Shown: positions 20,773 through 30,715, counted from the first letter of the stretch. The stretch is DNA of 64,000 nt from a bacterium (GCA_039630415.1 JBCNVB010000003.1:52962-116961); one strand, 5' to 3'. Translations and numbers: made by a program. The notes: generated from the sequence alone by a model not told the origin.

Positions 20773-21187
20773 GTGAGTTGACTATCCTTACCTCATATTC
20801 TATTTGTGTTGACTTTTTAAGCATATTACTAACAGAACAATACTTTTGCTGGGATAATTCTACTGCTTTATGTATATTTTCATAATTTAGCTCTTTACCT
20901 TTGAATTCGTAGATAAGTTTTATTTTGGTGAATATTTTTGGGTGTTCATTTGCTCTTTCTCCCTCAAAATAAATTTTGAATCCTTCTACCGGTTGTCTCA
21001 TTTTTTTTAGGATTGATATTACATCCATAGCTGTACATCCCATTAGTGATATTGCTAATAATTCCATAGGGGAGGGTGCGGATTCAAACCCACCTACTTC
21101 CTTTTTTGTATCTAAAACTATTGCATGATTAGATTCTGATATGCCTATAAATCTCAAACCTTCTATCCATATAAGTTCTGACTTCAT
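20750..21187 (-). CDS. OsmC/YhfA family protein
   Basis: PSPMELL...L.GCTAMDV, AVELS..KYCSV. Confidence 0.9.
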   Translation of the reverse strand: MKSELIWIEGLRFIGISESNHAIVLDTKKEVGGFESAPSPMELLAISLMGCTAMDVISILKKMRQPVEGFKIYFEGERANEHPKIFTKIKLIYEFKGKELNYENIHKAVELSQQKYCSVSNMLKKSTQIEYEVRIVNSHESSSIY

Positions 21188-21197
21188 ACTATACCTC

Positions 21198-22406
21198 CTA
21201 ATCCACTACTAGAATTGATTCCTTAGTTTTGAAGCAGCTTGCTAGGTTGTTAACATCTTGTAGTGTTGTATTTTTAATTATTTCTACATGCTTATAAATG
21301 TAGTTGTCATCAATATCGTAGGATTTTATCTTTCCTAATAGGGCACTTCTGAAACTTCTTTTCTGCATAGCTGACGAAAACAAAGATATAACATAATTTT
21401 TTGCTACTTCTATTTCATCTTCTCTAAACCCTTCTATAGTTATTCTGTTTATCTCTTCTTTGAGAGCTTGTATCGCTAATTTTTTCTTTTCTTTTGATGT
21501 TAACATCATTATTTTTATGCTCCCTTTTCCTATGGGAATGGGTTCGTATGAAGAACCTACTGCATACGCTAACTCTTTCTTTTCCCTTATATTTACAAAC
21601 AATCTTCCAGACATTGAGTTTAAAATAGCATTGAGAATTTTAAATCTTATAGAATTTTCTGATAATATTGGAGCCTCATATACTAAACATATTCCCACTT
21701 CTTTTTTTCCCAATTTTTCTCTTTTTCTTACTCTTATGATATCAAAATTGTTCATCTGCTCCTTATACAGATTTTTATCGTTTAGTAATCTAATAAAATT
21801 TTTATAGACCAAGTTTATCATATCTTTGGTTACATAACCGCTTATAATCATTATTTTTTTTACTTTTTTGTCTAAAACTTTATTTTCATACCACTTAAAT
21901 AAGTCTTTTCTTGATATGTTTTTTAATGTTTTGAAGTTTCCTCTCACATCCCAGCTAAGGAAAGAATTATAAAAAACTTTATCTGATTTCTCATAAAGGT
22001 AGGTCCATATATCATCTCTAGATAACTTTATAGAATTTACTAGGTCTCTTTTAGCTTCTAATATATCATTTTTTCTAAAACCATAGTTGTATACTACTTC
22101 TTTGAGAATTTGTATAGCAGGTTTATAGTTATATGAAGGGAAGGAAATGGAAATAGAACTACTAAAGTTACCACCTGAAGAACTTATTGAAACTGAATTT
22201 TTTTCTAAATAGTATTGAAAAGCTTCATATGACATAGATTTTGTTGATCGGGTCAAAACTCTAAAACATAGGTTGTTTATTCCCAAATTTGACGGATTTT
22301 CTGCATAGTTACCTATCAAAAATACTAATGACAAATAGGTTATTGGAATGGAGTTATCTGGAATAACAAATATCTTGTTTTCTATATCTTGATACTTTAT
22401 TTCCAT
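21198..22406 (-). CDS. M16 family peptidase-like protein (no HxxEH, probably a non-catalytic subunit)
   Basis: MSGRLF..IREK..LAY.V motif; N-terminal metal-binding motif absent. Confidence 0.75.
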   Translation of the reverse strand: MEIKYQDIENKIFVIPDNSIPITYLSLVFLIGNYAENPSNLGINNLCFRVLTRSTKSMSYEAFQYYLEKNSVSISSSGGNFSSSISISFPSYNYKPAIQILKEVVYNYGFRKNDILEAKRDLVNSIKLSRDDIWTYLYEKSDKVFYNSFLSWDVRGNFKTLKNISRKDLFKWYENKVLDKKVKKIMIISGYVTKDMINLVYKNFIRLLNDKNLYKEQMNNFDIIRVRKREKLGKKEVGICLVYEAPILSENSIRFKILNAILNSMSGRLFVNIREKKELAYAVGSSYEPIPIGKGSIKIMMLTSKEKKKLAIQALKEEINRITIEGFREDEIEVAKNYVISLFSSAMQKRSFRSALLGKIKSYDIDDNYIYKHVEIIKNTTLQDVNNLASCFKTKESILVVD

Positions 22407-23284
22407 ATTTCTACTTCCTCTTCCAAAAGTATGTTTTGATTTCTTGAATGATTTTTAATTCTCTGAATAATTTCATAGACATGACTGAACTTTGCATTTC
22501 CGAGATTTATTATGAAGTTACAGTGTTTTTCTGATACTTTAGCTTGTCCAATTCTGAAACCTCTATATCCTAAGCTGTCTATTATTTGCCAAGCAGCTAA
22601 ATTTGGTAAGTTTTTGAATACACTACCACAGGACTTGAAACTCAGTGGTTGAGTCTGTTGCCTTTTTTCCCAAACCTCTTTGTACTTTCTATATAAACTT
22701 TCGGGATTAATCAGATTATGTAAGGGAAACTCAAATACTAGTTCTATTATGTCCATTGGATTTCCATTTAAAGTTTCTTCTTTAAACAGGGAGTTCCTGT
22801 AGCAAAAGAAGGAAGAATCTACATACATGTTTACTATTTCTCCCGTTTTCCTTTTATAAACTGTTACTTTCCTTAAGTATTTAGATATCTCTACATTTTT
22901 TGTTCCTGCATTATTAAAAACTGCTCCTCCAACCGTAGCGGGTATAGCAGCTAACTCCTCGTAACCAGAAATACCTTTCCAAATTAGGGTCTTTATAAAA
23001 AACTGTAGCTCTGTAAAAGGAGTTACAAAAACAATAAATTTTCCATCTTCCTTGTAAATCTTAACATCTCTATACTTACCTGTAACTACGAAAAAATCCA
23101 ATTTTTCATCACTGATTAATAAATTGCTTCCTTTCCCTATGATTCTGTAAGGTGCCTTTGTGGATAGTTCAAGCAGGGTTGATATATACTCTTCCTGGCT
23201 TCGAGTGCAAATAACTCCTAAGCAATATCCACCTATTTGATAGGTGGTTAGTTTTGAAAGAGGTATGTTTTGTATATTTTGCAC
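22397..23284 (-). CDS. murB: UDP-N-acetylenolpyruvoylglucosamine reductase
   Basis: TTYQIGG, IGKGSNLLISD, IPATVGGA..NAG, QP....SCGSVFKN, VSEKHCNFIIN, LEEEV. Confidence 0.93.
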   Translation of the reverse strand: MQNIQNIPLSKLTTYQIGGYCLGVICTRSQEEYISTLLELSTKAPYRIIGKGSNLLISDEKLDFFVVTGKYRDVKIYKEDGKFIVFVTPFTELQFFIKTLIWKGISGYEELAAIPATVGGAVFNNAGTKNVEISKYLRKVTVYKRKTGEIVNMYVDSSFFCYRNSLFKEETLNGNPMDIIELVFEFPLHNLINPESLYRKYKEVWEKRQQTQPLSFKSCGSVFKNLPNLAAWQIIDSLGYRGFRIGQAKVSEKHCNFIINLGNAKFSHVYEIIQRIKNHSRNQNILLEEEVEIWK

Positions 23285-23288
23285 TGTT

Positions 23289-23783
23289 TTATAGTTTAGA
23301 TTTTTGCTTTTTTACTTTTCTAAACTTCTTTTTTAGAGGTGGTAGTTTTACGAACTTGGAGTTAGTTTTCTTGATTTTTGACAAAGCTCTAGAAGTTATT
23401 TTGTGAGCATGTATTTCTAGAGTTTTATTGAGCTCTCCATTACCCAATATTTTAATTTCTTTTTTTAGATCCGGTATTAAATTATTTTCCAATAGAGTTT
23501 GTGGATTGACCACCGAGTTTTGAGGAAATATGTTTAGATCTTTGAGTTTAACTATATGATACTCTTTTCTGAATATGTTAGTAAATCCTTTAGATGGTAT
23601 TCTAAGATAGAGAGGGTTTTGTCCGCCTTCGAACCAAGGTGGTTTCGCTCCACCACTTCTGGCTTTTTGACCCTTGGTTCCTCTTGTTGACGTTACACCA
23701 TGTCCACTACCTAAGCCTCTGCCTACTCTTTTTCTTTTATGTTTGCTTCTAGGAAAAGGTTTAAGATTGTTTACCTTTATCAT
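23289..23783 (-). CDS. rplO: 50S ribosomal protein L15
   Basis: KRVGRG.GSGHG.TS.RG.KGQKARSG...FEGGQ.PL; start placed at ATG 23783 (alternative 23792). Confidence 0.95.
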   Translation of the reverse strand: MIKVNNLKPFPRSKHKRKRVGRGLGSGHGVTSTRGTKGQKARSGGAKPPWFEGGQNPLYLRIPSKGFTNIFRKEYHIVKLKDLNIFPQNSVVNPQTLLENNLIPDLKKEIKILGNGELNKTLEIHAHKITSRALSKIKKTNSKFVKLPPLKKKFRKVKKQKSKL

Positions 23784-24495
23784 TCTTATCACCTACTTTT
23801 CTGAATGGTTTGGTAGGTTTTTGAAAGGATTTTTTTTCTGGTTTTCTTTCTTGCCTTTGTTCTTCTTTTCTTGCTTCTCTAGGAAATTCTCTATATGCAA
23901 AAGGTTTTTCTTGAGATTTTTCTTGAGATTTTTCTTGGAGTTTTTCTTTTTCTTGTACTTTCTCTAAGGGTTTTTCTGGTTTCTTGTGTAGGTATTTTTC
24001 GTACTCGTCTTCTGTATAAGTGGTGTGTAGGATTTTGAAATATTCTTCCCTTGTTTTAAGTTTTTTCAGTGCATCAATGGTAGCCCATACCAAATTTATG
24101 TGGTTATTGCTACCTAGAGACTTGGTTAGTACATTTTTATAACCTGCTTTTTCTAGAATACTTCTTACCGGCATTGAAGCTATTATACCTGTTCCTTTAC
24201 CCGCAGGTTTGAGTAAAACTACTGAGGTAGTATTTTCCCCTATTACTTCATGGGGAATAGTATCATTGACGATAGGTACTTTAAATATATTTTTTTTAGC
24301 TTTATTTTCTGCTTTTCTTATAGCTAATAGAGCTTCCGGAGCTTTTGCTAAAGCTACACCTACGTTACCTTGACCATCTCCTACTACTACTAAAGCACTA
24401 AATCTAAATCTTTTACCTCCTTTCATTACACGCGTAACTCTTCTAAGGGAAACTAAGACACTCTGGTATTCTGCTGATTCTAGGGACTCCAACAT
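23761..24495 (-). CDS. rpsE: 30S ribosomal protein S5 with long charged C-terminal tail
   Basis: RVTRVMKGGKRFRFSALVVVGD, LKPA..GTGIIA, KSLGS.N. Confidence 0.96.
   Translation of the reverse strand: MLESLESAEYQSVLVSLRRVTRVMKGGKRFRFSALVVVGDGQGNVGVALAKAPEALLAIRKAENKAKKNIFKVPIVNDTIPHEVIGENTTSVVLLKPAGKGTGIIASMPVRSILEKAGYKNVLTKSLGSNNHINLVWATIDALKKLKTREEYFKILHTTYTEDEYEKYLHKKPEKPLEKVQEKEKLQEKSQEKSQEKPFAYREFPREARKEEQRQERKPEKKSFQKPTKPFRKVGDKNDKGKQS
23905..23940 (+). repeat. 12-bp tandem repeat (TTTTTCTTGAGA x2 plus one variant) encoding QEKS repeats in the S5 tail
   Basis: Read directly from the sequence. Confidence 0.8.
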
Positions 24496-24506
24496 ACCTT
24501 TACCTC

Positions 24507-24887
24507 CTATACCTCTATACCTTTTTCTCTTAAAGTGTCAGCTATTTTCTTTACATTTCCATGATACTTGTATCCACCTCTATCAAATACGAGCTTATTT
24601 ATATTAAGTTTTTTACATCTTTCTGCTAATCTTGAGGCTACTTCTACTACTGCGTCACTATACTTAATTTGCTTATTTTTTAGCTTCTCCCTTATGTCTT
24701 TTTCTAGTGAATTGGCATAGGCTAAGGTTATGCCTTTTTGGTCATCTATAACACTAAGGTATATATTCCTGTTACTTTTGAATATGTTACATCGAGGTCT
24801 TGTTTCGGTACCTTTTACCTTTTTTCTTAGTCTTTGATGTCTAATTTTTCTTCTATAATTTCTACTTACCTTCTTTATCACTTTCAA
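24507..24887 (-). CDS. rplR: 50S ribosomal protein L18
   Basis: RH.R.RKKV.GT..RPR, VFDRGGYKYHG.VK. Confidence 0.96.
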   Translation of the reverse strand: MKVIKKVSRNYRRKIRHQRLRKKVKGTETRPRCNIFKSNRNIYLSVIDDQKGITLAYANSLEKDIREKLKNKQIKYSDAVVEVASRLAERCKKLNINKLVFDRGGYKYHGNVKKIADTLREKGIEV

Positions 24888-25036
24888 TACACCTCTCTTA
24901 AAACTAATTACCAGACAGTAAAAGAATTCTACAATTTTATTCCTTACCCTTTTACAGTTCCGAAATAAAAAGAAGGTTGTTGGTTTTGAGGGATAGAATA
25001 TAGTATATAGGATTTATCTATAGGGAGGATCCGGTT

Positions 25037-25879
25037 ATGAAGGTTTTTAAGTTTCTTTCTAAAACATTAAAGAAAATAACTCTACTTCTTATCCTGTTAA
25101 TGTGCATTTGCTTTTCTCAAGAACTCCACATATACATACACAATAAAAAATATAAGGGTCAATACATATACAAGGCTCCTAGAATATATGTTGAAATAGA
25201 AGTTTTTGTAAACATGACAGGACTAAAAATGTATAAACAAGGAAACTATTACGTTATAAGTAAGGATAACATTATACCCCCTCAAACTTTTACCAGCCTT
25301 GTATACTACAATAACAAACCACTAAGATATGTTATATTTGAAAACCAAAAAGTCTTTATAGATTTACTTGAAATATCCTATCTGACCGATAGTATAGTTG
25401 AGTTTAATAAAGAAACCGGAATAGTAGATTATTACAGCAAAACAAAACTAAAACAAACAGCTGAGGAATTATATAAAGCTTCTCAGCAAGTATATCAAAC
25501 TCAAAAGGAAGTATACGACAAAAAAATACAAGCAGGTGAAAAAGTACAAGCAGGAGAAAAACCCAAAATCCCAAAAGACGCGATAAAAATAATAGAAGAA
25601 ATGCCAGCCTATGAAGACAGAAATAACAGAGGTGAACTTAGATACACAGCAAAAGTAAAAAATACCTACAAAGAAAAAATAGAACAAATAACTGTCAAAA
25701 TAAAAATAACTAGTCCTGCAGGAGAATTACTACACCAAGAAGTATTCAAATTCCCTTCCCTTAATCCAGGCCAAACTAAAGAAATATTCTTCTACTGGAT
25801 AAATAATACAACAATCTCTAACCCAGTAATAAAGCACGAAATAGATTTCAAAGGAAAAGAAGAGCAGGAAAAAACATGA
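25037..25879 (+). CDS. exported hypothetical protein (C-terminal Ig-like/FxLYD-like segment)
   Basis: RBS GGGAGG, signal peptide, VKN....I..ITV......LNPGQTK.IF. Confidence 0.6.
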   Translation: MKVFKFLSKTLKKITLLLILLMCICFSQELHIYIHNKKYKGQYIYKAPRIYVEIEVFVNMTGLKMYKQGNYYVISKDNIIPPQTFTSLVYYNNKPLRYVIFENQKVFIDLLEISYLTDSIVEFNKETGIVDYYSKTKLKQTAEELYKASQQVYQTQKEVYDKKIQAGEKVQAGEKPKIPKDAIKIIEEMPAYEDRNNRGELRYTAKVKNTYKEKIEQITVKIKITSPAGELLHQEVFKFPSLNPGQTKEIFFYWINNTTISNPVIKHEIDFKGKEEQEKT

Positions 25880-26478
25880 AAATCCTGGATATAGTTAAGA
25901 AAAAAATAAAGAATATAATTAAAAAAAACATAAATTACTTAACTCCAACCCTTGTATATGAAAGCATCCTTAAAATACCAATCGAAAAACTAAAGAGTAT
26001 GAAAATAGATACTGTATTAATAGATTTGGACAATACACTTGTCCCCTGGAATAAAAGAGATGTACCAAAAGAAATCATAGATTACCTGATTAATCTTAAA
26101 AAAAATGGGTTCAAAATATGTGTTGTTTCTAACGCTTTACCTCTTAGAGTTAAGAAAATAACCCAAGAATTGGATATCCCATACATAGCAATAGCTGCTA
26201 AGCCATCAACTAGACCTCTAAGAAAAGCAATAAAACTTCTCAACTCAAAAATAGAAAATACAGTAATAATCGGAGACCAAATTTTCACAGATATACTAGC
26301 AGGAAATAGATTAGGTATAAAAACTATCCTCGTAAGACCACTCGCAAATTTTGAACTAATAACCTCTAAGTTTGTAAGACTCCTAGAGTACATAATACTA
26401 CAATACATCCAAAAAAAACAAATATTATCAACAAAGGAAGGAAGAAATGAAGAAGGGGATAGTATGGTCATATACTAA
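25876..26478 (+). CDS. YqeG family HAD IIIA phosphatase
   Basis: DLDNTLVPW, VSN, A.KP, IGDQIFTDILAGNRLG..TILV.P. Confidence 0.92.
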   Translation: MKILDIVKKKIKNIIKKNINYLTPTLVYESILKIPIEKLKSMKIDTVLIDLDNTLVPWNKRDVPKEIIDYLINLKKNGFKICVVSNALPLRVKKITQELDIPYIAIAAKPSTRPLRKAIKLLNSKIENTVIIGDQIFTDILAGNRLGIKTILVRPLANFELITSKFVRLLEYIILQYIQKKQILSTKEGRNEEGDSMVIY

Positions 26479-27109
26479 AGGAGAATTCGTCATTTTTGAC
26501 CATTACTACTTCTCTACTCTGTATAACTACCTAAAAGAAAACTATAACCTCGAAATACCAACTAGATTCAACGATATCATAAAAATATGTAAACAAAACA
26601 CCTTTAATACAATCATTTTCAACTATCCAGAAAAAAGTTTTACCTCAAATCAAATCCAACAACTACTCGAACTATATCGAAATGGAAAAACAATAATATT
26701 TCTAACTTACTATAACAACGAAGACAATAGTAGCCAAATATCAAACCAGGTATTATCAAAGGTAGGAATACAAATAAACCATGATGAGATAATTCAAGAA
26801 AAAAATATTCACAACAATGATAAGTATCTAATTTTAACGGGTAGTATTCATAAAAAAATAAAGTACAACGTAAAAAATATACTTATGCCATGTTCTGCAA
26901 GTGTATCTATATTGAAAAAGAATTCAAAATATTCTTACACAGAACTAGTCAAGGATGGTCAAAACAATAAAGCGATAGCTATAGAAGTGTCAAGTAGGGG
27001 TAAAATAATAGCCTTTGGAACATGTGTATTTTGGGATAACTTCTCTATATCAATGTACGATAACTTTCAGTTCACCAAAAACCTACTACAGTACTGCACG
27101 GAGGTATGA
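26447..27109 (+). CDS. hypothetical protein (GATase-like/GIFT-like fold possible)
   Basis: P.K.FT..QI..L, GKIIAFG....DN..I...DN.QF..NL. Confidence 0.5.
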   Translation: MKKGIVWSYTKGEFVIFDHYYFSTLYNYLKENYNLEIPTRFNDIIKICKQNTFNTIIFNYPEKSFTSNQIQQLLELYRNGKTIIFLTYYNNEDNSSQISNQVLSKVGIQINHDEIIQEKNIHNNDKYLILTGSIHKKIKYNVKNILMPCSASVSILKKNSKYSYTELVKDGQNNKAIAIEVSSRGKIIAFGTCVFWDNFSISMYDNFQFTKNLLQYCTEV

Positions 27110-27113
27110 AAAT

Positions 27114-27608
27114 ATGGAAAACCTATATAGACTACTAGATAAGTTAGAAGCAAATATGCGAAAAAACAAAATATTTGGAATGTCTATAATAAAGCACAAA
27201 GAAAACCTAACGATAATAAATAAAATAAGGCAAATATTAATGGAAAGCTATACACCTTCCGAAGAATTGATAAAGCTAAGAAAAGAACTAGAAATCAAAG
27301 AAAGAGAATTAAATAACCTAAAAAACAACTTAATAGAAAATGAGGAAATAGTAAAAATGGCATATGTAAGAGCTCAGGAAATAGAAAAACAAGCAAAAGA
27401 AGAAGCTCAAGAGTTAATAACTGGTGCGGAAAAATACGCATTCAAAATTCTAGATCATTTCGAAGAAGAACTAAAAAGATTAATAACTACTGTACAAAAT
27501 AGCAAAAAAAATCTTGAATCCGAAATAAATCTAGAAACAAACAAAGTAGGAGTAAAGAAAGTGGAAAATAATAAAGAAATTAAAAAAGTAAATATAAGGG
27601 TAACCTAA
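27114..27608 (+). CDS. coiled-coil protein (DivIVA/ATPase-b-like)
   Basis: Start moved to ATG 27114 behind GGAGGT; A.EI...AKEEA.E...GA..YA..IL pattern. Confidence 0.6.
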   Translation: MENLYRLLDKLEANMRKNKIFGMSIIKHKENLTIINKIRQILMESYTPSEELIKLRKELEIKERELNNLKNNLIENEEIVKMAYVRAQEIEKQAKEEAQELITGAEKYAFKILDHFEEELKRLITTVQNSKKNLESEINLETNKVGVKKVENNKEIKKVNIRVT

Positions 27609-27629
27609 GCAACGTCAGCTAGACCCAAA

Positions 27630-27648
27630 ACCGCCCTTGGAAGGCGGT
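27630..27648. other. GC-rich hairpin ACCGCC-CTTGGAA-GGCGGT
   Basis: Perfect 6-bp stem in an AT-rich intergenic region; a U-run follows it only on the minus strand. Confidence 0.5.
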
Positions 27649-27682
27649 ATACAAATGTTCCAGAAAACAAAAGGAGGGAAAT

Positions 27683-28396
27683 ATGAATCAAGTAGTCCTA
27701 GAATATAAAATGAAAGAAGGACAAAATTATTTCTACGATGTGTACATAACTAATACCAAAATATACCGTGAAGGTGAAACAGAGGAAAAAGAAGTTGATG
27801 AAATAAAACTTAAACTTTCACAAAAAGTGTCTAAAGTTCTACCCAATCAAAGCTATGAACTAGATGTTCAAATCGAACCAATCTCCTTCCTTAGAAATTC
27901 TAACCCTCAGGAAATAGCAATACCTTCCCAAACTATGAAAATGATAATGGATAAAAAGGGAAAAATATTATCATCAACGATGGAAAGCCCAGTAAGTACC
28001 CCCACTTTCCCAGAAAAACCAGTAAGTATAGGAGAAACCTGGATATCACCCGCAGAAATGAAACTACAAGACGGCGGGTCCATTAAAATGAATTACTACT
28101 ACACAGCAAAAGGAATAGAAAAGTATAAAAACTATGATGCTGTTATGATCGAAGTAAATAGTGACGAATGGAAAAACTCTGAAAACCAAGTAGACCAATA
28201 CATAAAATCTAAAGGAGTTTCTCTCTTCTCAGTCGAATATGGTGCACTAATGAAATCAGAAGTCGAAACCGAAGTAAAAGCTACCATCCAAGAAACTAAC
28301 CAACAATTCATATCCATAGTAAAAGTAGTTATTGAGCTAGAAAAACTATCCCAAAAGGATGTATCACAAACAGAAGAAGGTTTCATCATAAACTAA
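27683..28396 (+). CDS. hypothetical protein
   Basis: Strong RBS AGGAGGG; FPEKPVSIGETW motif seen in beta-rich uncharacterised proteins. Confidence 0.65.
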   Translation: MNQVVLEYKMKEGQNYFYDVYITNTKIYREGETEEKEVDEIKLKLSQKVSKVLPNQSYELDVQIEPISFLRNSNPQEIAIPSQTMKMIMDKKGKILSSTMESPVSTPTFPEKPVSIGETWISPAEMKLQDGGSIKMNYYYTAKGIEKYKNYDAVMIEVNSDEWKNSENQVDQYIKSKGVSLFSVEYGALMKSEVETEVKATIQETNQQFISIVKVVIELEKLSQKDVSQTEEGFIIN

Positions 28397-28448
28397 AAGT
28401 AAATAACAAACTACACAAAACAAATAACAAAACAAGGAGTGATATATA

Positions 28449-29780
28449 ATGCTTAAATCACAGGATATAATATCTATAGTCAAAGAGCTAAATGTAAGAA
28501 GTATAAGAATGATGTTTGTTGATATACTTGGAATACCAAAGGGTGTACAAATACCAGTATCTCAAACAAAGAAAATGCTCGAAGGAGAAATACTTTTCGA
28601 TGGATCTTCAATACAAGGATTCGTCAGAATAGAAGAATCAGACATGAAATTAGTCCCAGATATTAACACCTTCATAGTAGCAGACCTTAAAGGACATAAT
28701 GAAGCTTTTGTAATATGTGACGTATACTATCCAAATGGAAAAAGATTTGAAGGAGATCCTAGGTATATCCTCCAAAAAGTCATGGAAAAAGCCCAAAAAA
28801 TGGGATACACTCCAATGGTAGGAGTAGAAGCTGAATTCTTCCTCTTCCCAATGAGTGATTCAAATGGATATAGCCTAACACCTGTACTAGAACACACTGA
28901 CTCCGGTGGGTACTTCGATATGCTTCATCTAGATGCAGCAGAACAAGTAAAACTTGATATACTCAATAAACTCGAAGAATTCGGATTTGAGGTAGAGGCT
29001 CTGCACCATGAAGTAGCCCCATCTCAACACGAAATAGATTTTAAATACAGTGACGCCTTAACAACAGCTGATAGATTACTCCTTTTCAAATTAATAGTCA
29101 AAACAATCGCTTTAAAACACAAATTGCATGCAACTTTTCTACCCAAACCAATAAAGGGAATAAATGGATCTGGGTTACATATGCATCAATCTCTCTTTAA
29201 AGGAGAAGTGAATGCTTTTTATGATCCAGAAGGTAAAATGGGTATAAGTACGGTGATGCTCAATTACATAGGAGGAATATTTAAACATGTAAAAGGTTTT
29301 ACAGCAGTAACTAATCCGTTGGTTAATTCATACAAAAGACTAGTGCCTGGCTACGAAGCTCCAGTATACATATCATGGGGAGAACATAACCGAAGCCCAC
29401 TAATTAGAATACCTGCAAAAAGAGGAAACTCAACACGTATAGAACTCAGAAGTCCGGATCCTTCATGCAACCCCTACCTGGCTTTCGCTGTAATCATCAA
29501 CTCTGGACTAGATGGAATAGTCAATAACTATCAACCACCAAAACCAGTGGATATCAATGTTTACGAACTAGATGAAAATACAATGAAAAAATACAAAATA
29601 GAAAGTCTTCCTTCTAACTTGTGCGAAGCTATTGTTGAAATGCAAAAAGACAATCTTGTTAAAGAAACACTTGGAGAACATATCTATACAAATTACATAA
29701 ACGCTAAACTAAAAGAATGGAAAGAGTATTCAACTGAAATAACACCATGGGAAATACAGAAATACCTAGGAATATATTAA
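28449..29780 (+). CDS. glnA: glutamine synthetase type I
   Basis: FDGSSI.GF.RI.ESDM, HHEVA..QHEI, GSG.H.HQSL, NSYKRLVPGYEAP, RIELRSPD...NPYLA. Confidence 0.95.
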   Translation: MLKSQDIISIVKELNVRSIRMMFVDILGIPKGVQIPVSQTKKMLEGEILFDGSSIQGFVRIEESDMKLVPDINTFIVADLKGHNEAFVICDVYYPNGKRFEGDPRYILQKVMEKAQKMGYTPMVGVEAEFFLFPMSDSNGYSLTPVLEHTDSGGYFDMLHLDAAEQVKLDILNKLEEFGFEVEALHHEVAPSQHEIDFKYSDALTTADRLLLFKLIVKTIALKHKLHATFLPKPIKGINGSGLHMHQSLFKGEVNAFYDPEGKMGISTVMLNYIGGIFKHVKGFTAVTNPLVNSYKRLVPGYEAPVYISWGEHNRSPLIRIPAKRGNSTRIELRSPDPSCNPYLAFAVIINSGLDGIVNNYQPPKPVDINVYELDENTMKKYKIESLPSNLCEAIVEMQKDNLVKETLGEHIYTNYINAKLKEWKEYSTEITPWEIQKYLGIY

Positions 29781-30715
29781 TAACAACAACACTAAAATCT
29801 TTCGCAAAAATTAATTGGGTCTTAGAAATACTAAACAAAAGAAAGGATAACTACCATAACATATCATCAATTTTTGATCTTATAAACCTATACGATACAA
29901 TTCAAGTTACCCTAATACCGGATACAATATGGCAAGTAGAACTTAATGTGAACGATCCTACACTTAAATCCTCTAACCTGATATATGACCTTATAAACCA
30001 ATTAAATAATCAAAAAACTAATCAAAAATATTTTGTAAAAATCGAACTAGAAAAAAGAATACCTATAGGTGGTGGGCTGGGTGGTGGTAGCTCAAATGTA
30101 GCTACTATTCTTTTTTACCTATATAAGCAATCAATAATAGACCTACAACAAGCAATCAGATTATGTAAAAGTTTGGGTAGTGATATTCTTCCTATCTTTA
30201 TGCTTTACCTCTATCCTGATTCCTTTATACTGACTCTTGAAAAACAAAATATAACTATCCCCATCGCTAGAAATCTATCTAGTTTTAAACTTTCTGATCT
30301 CAAAATTTATCTAATAACTTTTCCTTTTCAATCATCAACTACTCAAGCTTACCAATCATACGATAAAACAATAAAAAACAAAGAAGTATATATCGGACCT
30401 AAAACATATAGGTTTATTTATTTTAACAGAATCAATCAACTACAAACTTACTTAACGTTTATTTTACATAATGATTTCGAACAAACAGTTTTTGAACTTT
30501 ACCCTACAATAGGACAGCTAGTGGAGGAAATTAGAAATAAAATAAAAGAAGGTTCGTTTATTAAAGATATCAAAATTTTACTATGTGGTAGTGGGTCTAG
30601 TGTAGCTGTAATTTGCAAAAACCCTTCACTGCCTATAAATTCGATACTCAATATCGACATAATTCAAACAAAATACGGTGTAAAAGTTATGGAGGTAGAA
30701 AATGGTAGTAATTAG
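29747..30715 (+). CDS. ispE: 4-diphosphocytidyl-2-C-methyl-D-erythritol kinase (divergent; start uncertain)
   Basis: S.AKINW.L.I..KR.D.YH, LEKRIP.GGGLGGGSSN.A, LGSD, NDFE, GSGSSV. Confidence 0.85.
   Translation: MGNTEIPRNILITTTLKSFAKINWVLEILNKRKDNYHNISSIFDLINLYDTIQVTLIPDTIWQVELNVNDPTLKSSNLIYDLINQLNNQKTNQKYFVKIELEKRIPIGGGLGGGSSNVATILFYLYKQSIIDLQQAIRLCKSLGSDILPIFMLYLYPDSFILTLEKQNITIPIARNLSSFKLSDLKIYLITFPFQSSTTQAYQSYDKTIKNKEVYIGPKTYRFIYFNRINQLQTYLTFILHNDFEQTVFELYPTIGQLVEEIRNKIKEGSFIKDIKILLCGSGSSVAVICKNPSLPINSILNIDIIQTKYGVKVMEVENGSN

Noticed and set aside
27600-27660. Glutamine (glnA) riboswitch suggested by AAGCAACG upstream of the glnA region
   Set aside because: No complementary 5' CGTT strand or the expected junction was found, and another gene lies between it and glnA.
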